Part shown: piece by piece, positions 60,147-64,000 of the stretch
Position numbering within the stretch: position 1 is the first letter of the stretch
How the letters are laid out: the number at the start of each line of letters is the position of its first letter
Assembly: GCA_025558095.1 (NCBI GenBank)
Contig: JAIVFI010000023.1
Coordinates: forward strand, 372,001-436,000
Source: Hyaloraphidium curvatum SAG 235-1
Lineage: Eukaryota > Fungi > Monoblepharomycota
Reading direction: 5' to 3'
DNA: 64,000 nt
The notes under the pieces: generated by a model
Told to the model about the DNA's origin: nothing
The model's database searches: none
What the model saw: the letters and a program-made list of their open reading frames with translations, nothing else
Translations under genes and position numbers: made by a program

Positions 60147-60562
60147 CTGGTGTCAGGAAGAAGGAGAGGGGATGGAAGGTCCGACTCTGCCGATGGCAGA
60201 GAAAGGGCTTTGACGGAAAACAAAGGAAGAAGGGGAGAGGATGGATTCCGGGGCCCGACACTTCCTTTGGGGGTGGAATCGGGAGATGTTTCGGCCCGGG
60301 CGCGTCGCGTCTCCCGGATGGGGGGGGACGCCGTGGTCCGATCACAACCATCTGAAATGGCCGAATCGTCCTTCTATCGTTGATAGATAATTAGAACGGA
60401 TGGGTTTCAAAGTTCCCTGAGCAGAACCGGCCGCGATTGGTCTGTTTGCGGCCTTGTCCTCGATCTGTCGTGTCGCGAGAGACTCGCTTCGTCGAATCTA
60501 CTTTGCGCGGGAGGCTCCAACGAAACACCCGACCGGCGCCTCGGCGGCGTGCCGCGCCATGA

Positions 60563-61705
60563 ATGCCGCGCTGCGGGCTCCTCCGGCCGCCTGCGGCGCG
60601 TGCCCTCGCCCTGCTGCTCTGCGCCGCGCTGCTGCTTCCGCTCCTCCGCCCCGCCCCGCCGCCGCCGTTCCACCTCGCGATCGTCACCATCGCCACGCAG
60701 AACGCGTCCGCCGAGCCGTGGGTGCGCGCGTCGCTCGCGGACAAGTGGGCGTACGCACGGCGGCACGACGGCACGCGCGCGCCGCACTCCGGGACGCTGC
60801 AGAGCGTGCGGTTCCGCCCCGTGCTGCGGAACGTGGCTGGGAAAAAGTGGCACCCCGTGTGGGCCAAGTGGGTCGCCGCGTACCGCGTGCTGGCGGAGCT
60901 GGAGACCGCGCCGCCCGCCCCGGCCGAGGCGTGGGTGTGGTTGCTGGACCTCGACACGGTGCTGACGAACCATGACGTGGGTTACCCGCACTGTTGCCGT
61001 CGTATGGCACCGCTGACGCCCGCCCGACATCTGCAGGTTGCTCCCGCGGACCTTCTCCGTCGCCTCGCCCCTCCACCGGCCGGCCACCCCGGCCCGACCG
61101 ACCCCCGCATCCGCCTCATCGCCTCGCGCGACTGCAACTCCCTCAACGCCGGCTCCCTCCTCCTCCGCCTCCTCCCCTCCTCCCCTTCCTCCAAAACCCT
61201 CCTGGAGCACCTCTTTGCCCAGCGCGCGCGGGAGCGCCTCCCCTACCGCGAGCAGGAGGGCCTCCGCGCCCTTCTGCACCCGTCCACCGTGCCGCCGGGG
61301 GCCATCGACCTGTCGGGGGCGGCGGCGATGGTGCGGCAGGAGGAGATGAACGCGTACCCGCCCCCAAACGCGTGCGTGGGGGTGGGGAGCAGGGGGTGGG
61401 AGAGGGGGGATCCCGTGGCGCACTTTCCGGCGTGCGCGGTGGAGGGGGATCCGCCGGCCGAGGGGGCGGGGGGGAGGTACAAGGAGCGGTTGCGGTGGAA
61501 GTGCGGGGATTGGGCGGAGTACCTGATGGGGCAGACGGTGGGGAGGAGGGGACGGGAGGTGGGGGCGGGGGAGGAGCCGTGGGTCGCGGACGCGGTGGGG
61601 GACCTGCCCGGGGCGGCAAGGAAGCTGGGGTTCGTGGACATGGGCGACGAGGACGACGGGGACTGGGTCGAGAGGCAGAAGAAGTGGGAGGAGGAGGGGG
61701 ATTAA
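60563..61705 (+). CDS. Glycosyltransferase family 34 (GMA12/MNN10-like), type II membrane
   Basis: N-terminal TM; KWAYARRH, WAK, WVWLLDLDTVLTN (DxD), LNAGSLLLR, EQEGL and GDPVAHFPAC; probable in-frame intron 60977-61036. Confidence 0.85.
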   Translation: MPRCGLLRPPAARALALLLCAALLLPLLRPAPPPPFHLAIVTIATQNASAEPWVRASLADKWAYARRHDGTRAPHSGTLQSVRFRPVLRNVAGKKWHPVWAKWVAAYRVLAELETAPPAPAEAWVWLLDLDTVLTNHDVGYPHCCRRMAPLTPARHLQVAPADLLRRLAPPPAGHPGPTDPRIRLIASRDCNSLNAGSLLLRLLPSSPSSKTLLEHLFAQRARERLPYREQEGLRALLHPSTVPPGAIDLSGAAAMVRQEEMNAYPPPNACVGVGSRGWERGDPVAHFPACAVEGDPPAEGAGGRYKERLRWKCGDWAEYLMGQTVGRRGREVGAGEEPWVADAVGDLPGAARKLGFVDMGDEDDGDWVERQKKWEEEGD

Positions 61706-61880
61706 GTCATGTTTATCCATCGAATGTCAACTGAATCATCTGGATTGGTTGTTGGTGACGAAGCGAGTCGATGCAACGAATAGGAGAGGGTATCGCGTGT
61801 CCGGGTATCGGATGTCTGCACTCTGCTGTCTCTGCTGTCTGCTTGTCCGTTGCCTTGCCGTCCGGTCTGCCCCGCTTGCC

Positions 61881-63238
61881 TCAGGTGCACCCCTCCGGGA
61901 AGATCGCGCTCGCCAGGTCGTCCTCCGCCGCCACCGTCGTCCCCCTGTCCCCCGTCCCCTCGGTCTCCGCCGGCCCGCTTGCCTCGGACGCCGGCCGGTC
62001 GCCACCCGCGGGCGGGTCCGAGAGGCCATCGGCCGCGCTGGTGCCGTCGGGAGGGTCGAGGAGGAGGATCTCGCAGTGCAGCTCATCGGCGGCGTCCTTC
62101 CACTCTCTGGCCTCGCGGATGGAGATCTGGAGGAGGGAGGGAAAGGTCAGATCCCGCGGCTGCGCCGAACATAGGGGAAGGGGACCTCTTTGATCGCGGA
62201 CATCCGCTCGAGCTCCGCCGCCATGCCGCGGATCCGCTCCATGGCACCTGCGAGCAAGTCCAACGCTGCATATGGCACCTGAAAGTCAGCACGGTAAGGC
62301 AGCAGCCACCCGGATCGGCCCACCGTTGGCCATCCTGCCCTTCCTCGCCTGCGCCCTGGCCTCCTCGCCTTCCCAGCGCGCGCGGTGCGCGGCGCGGCGG
62401 GCTGCGGTTTCGGCGCGGTAGGCATCGAGGGCAGCACGGGAGGTGGCGTCGGCGGGGAGGGAGGAGAGGAGGTGCACGAGGGAGGGGCTGTCGGCGATCG
62501 CGACGATCTAAGGAGCAGGCACATGAGCGAAAGTTGAAGGCAGACGAGCGAGGTCACGCTCACCATCTGGTCGGAGGCGGCTGGCAAGGCGGCAATCTGC
62601 ATCCCGTAGTCCGCGGGGCGAGGCTCGGGCGCGGCGCGGGCGACCGGGTTCCCATCCGATGCGGCTGAGGCGACCGAGACCACCGATCCGGCGTCGTCCT
62701 CGCGCTCCTCGCGCTGCGCGCGCCGGGGCTTGGGCGGCGGCGCAAAGGCGGGGAAGAGCGGCTGCTGCCTGCGCGGGGACTTTTGGCGCTGCGGCGTGGG
62801 CGGGGCCGGGAGCGCTGGCGCGGGGTGCGAAGCGGCGTCGTCGGGGGGCTGGCCGCGATCCTCGGCAATCTGCGGCTGCCCGGCATCCTCCGGTGCGGTC
62901 TCGGCTTGCGGGGCGTCGGCGGGGTCGGGCGCGTCGGGGTCGGGCGCCTCGGCGTGCGGCTGCGGGAGCACCAGCCTCTGCGAGATCTGCGGCAGGCCCG
63001 ACCTCGCGAACGGCGCCGCGAACGCGCGCGCGCCGGCGACCGGCCCTCCCGGTGCGCCGCCCGCGTGGCCGCCGATCGCGCCGAACGCGTGCGGGCGCGC
63101 CGCCGCGGCGGGGGCTCCGAGCGCGAACGCGCTGGCAGGCGCACGGGTCGGCGGCGCCCCGATTTTGAACCGCCGCGACGTCGACGACTGGCCGAACGAC
63201 GGCTCGGGCGACGGGGCGCCAGCGGTGTCCGCGCTCAT
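61881..63238 (-). CDS. Hypothetical Pro/Ala-rich protein, spliced
   Basis: Long ORF from MSADTAG with GTGAGC/GTTCGG-type donors and a helical C-terminal exon; no family recognised. Confidence 0.55.
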
Positions 63239-64000
63239 GGTTTCGCACGCAGAGTTTGTGAACGACGTTTTCTTCGAACCACGCGCAAACGACGCACCCC
63301 ACCACCACCCCGTCACGGAATCGTATTACGGCCACTGTCTAGCGCCAGCAGCTTGATACATCAGCGCTTCCAACCTTCATCCGTCCCGTGCTAAGCAGCC
63401 TCCGTCTTCGCGAGTGAGGCCTGCCAAGCGCAACGCCACCCCGGCGATCCTTTGCCACAGGGCTGGTGGTCCTCCCACTTCCGCAGCCGTTGTTCGAGCG
63501 GGGGGTGCTGAGGAAAGTGGTGGCTGCCCTATGATGGCCAGTGCGGCGATGCGGGAGTGAGGGGGCGAAGGAGGCGGGGATCTCTTTTCGAGGGCCAGCT
63601 AGCTGGAAGTCGGCTGTGGTTCCCGCCGAACCGCCCCGAACGATTCCCGCCGTTATTCGTCTCCAGGGCCGTCAATTCTGAGCTACGTGGAGGATTGATG
63701 CTCTGAAGGTGGATGCTCTCGCGCAGTTCGAGGGGAAAGCCCGCAGGTGGGGCTTCACTCCAGCGGAGTTTGGGGTTTACGGCAAAATCGAAGGGCCGAA
63801 AACTTCACTCCCGGGAGAAAAACGGGAGTCCCGTCCCGATCAGCGGCTCATCGCCACCCAACGGATATCGAACGATCAGGAGAGTAATTCGGAGCTGGTT
63901 GCGCCCGAAATGCGAGGGCCGTTCCTCCTCCTTTCAGTCCCAACCAGGTGGGTGGGCTGCCCTTGCGGCCGGCCGGTCAAGACGGTGCCATCGAAGTTCA

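Noticed and set aside
61881-61892. C-terminal G-C-T-TGA-G of the last gene as a CxU selenoprotein motif
   Set aside because: No thioredoxin-like context and no AUGA/GA hairpin seen downstream; treated as a normal stop
63400-64000. ORF-free end region with a repeated CTTCACTCC motif, as a possible transposon end or ncRNA
   Set aside because: No terminal inverted repeat, target-site duplication or recognisable RNA motif visible within the window

Overview
GC-rich, very gene-dense eukaryotic genomic DNA with short (~50-65 nt) GT-AG spliceosomal introns and about 31 protein-coding genes. The gene content (TAO3, SMF, PHO88, GT34 and a hybrid histidine kinase, alongside animal-shared genes such as FIBP, TXNDC12, TTC14 and PRXL2/SelU) points to an early-diverging, non-Dikarya fungus; a monoblepharid- or chytrid-like lineage is an inference. 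Main result: a spliced PRXL2A/Selenoprotein U-family gene (54766-55839, minus strand) has an in-frame TGA exactly at the first Cys of the family CxxC motif (RRPG-U-LMC). Its 3'UTR folds into a ~140-nt hairpin with a SECIS-type AUGAA/UGAC core but an enlarged apical domain, i.e. a probable fungal selenoprotein with a non-canonical SECIS. Other notable items: an intron-containing hybrid histidine kinase with a prokaryote-type 7TM sensor (HisKA_7TM-like); a secreted bacterial-type PQQ sugar dehydrogenase with an NPCBM module; a DUF4260-like gene; and frequent GTGGGT 5' splice sites. Exon boundaries were assembled by eye, and family calls come from motif recognition, not database searches. No rRNA, tRNA, CRISPR array or clear mobile element was recognised.
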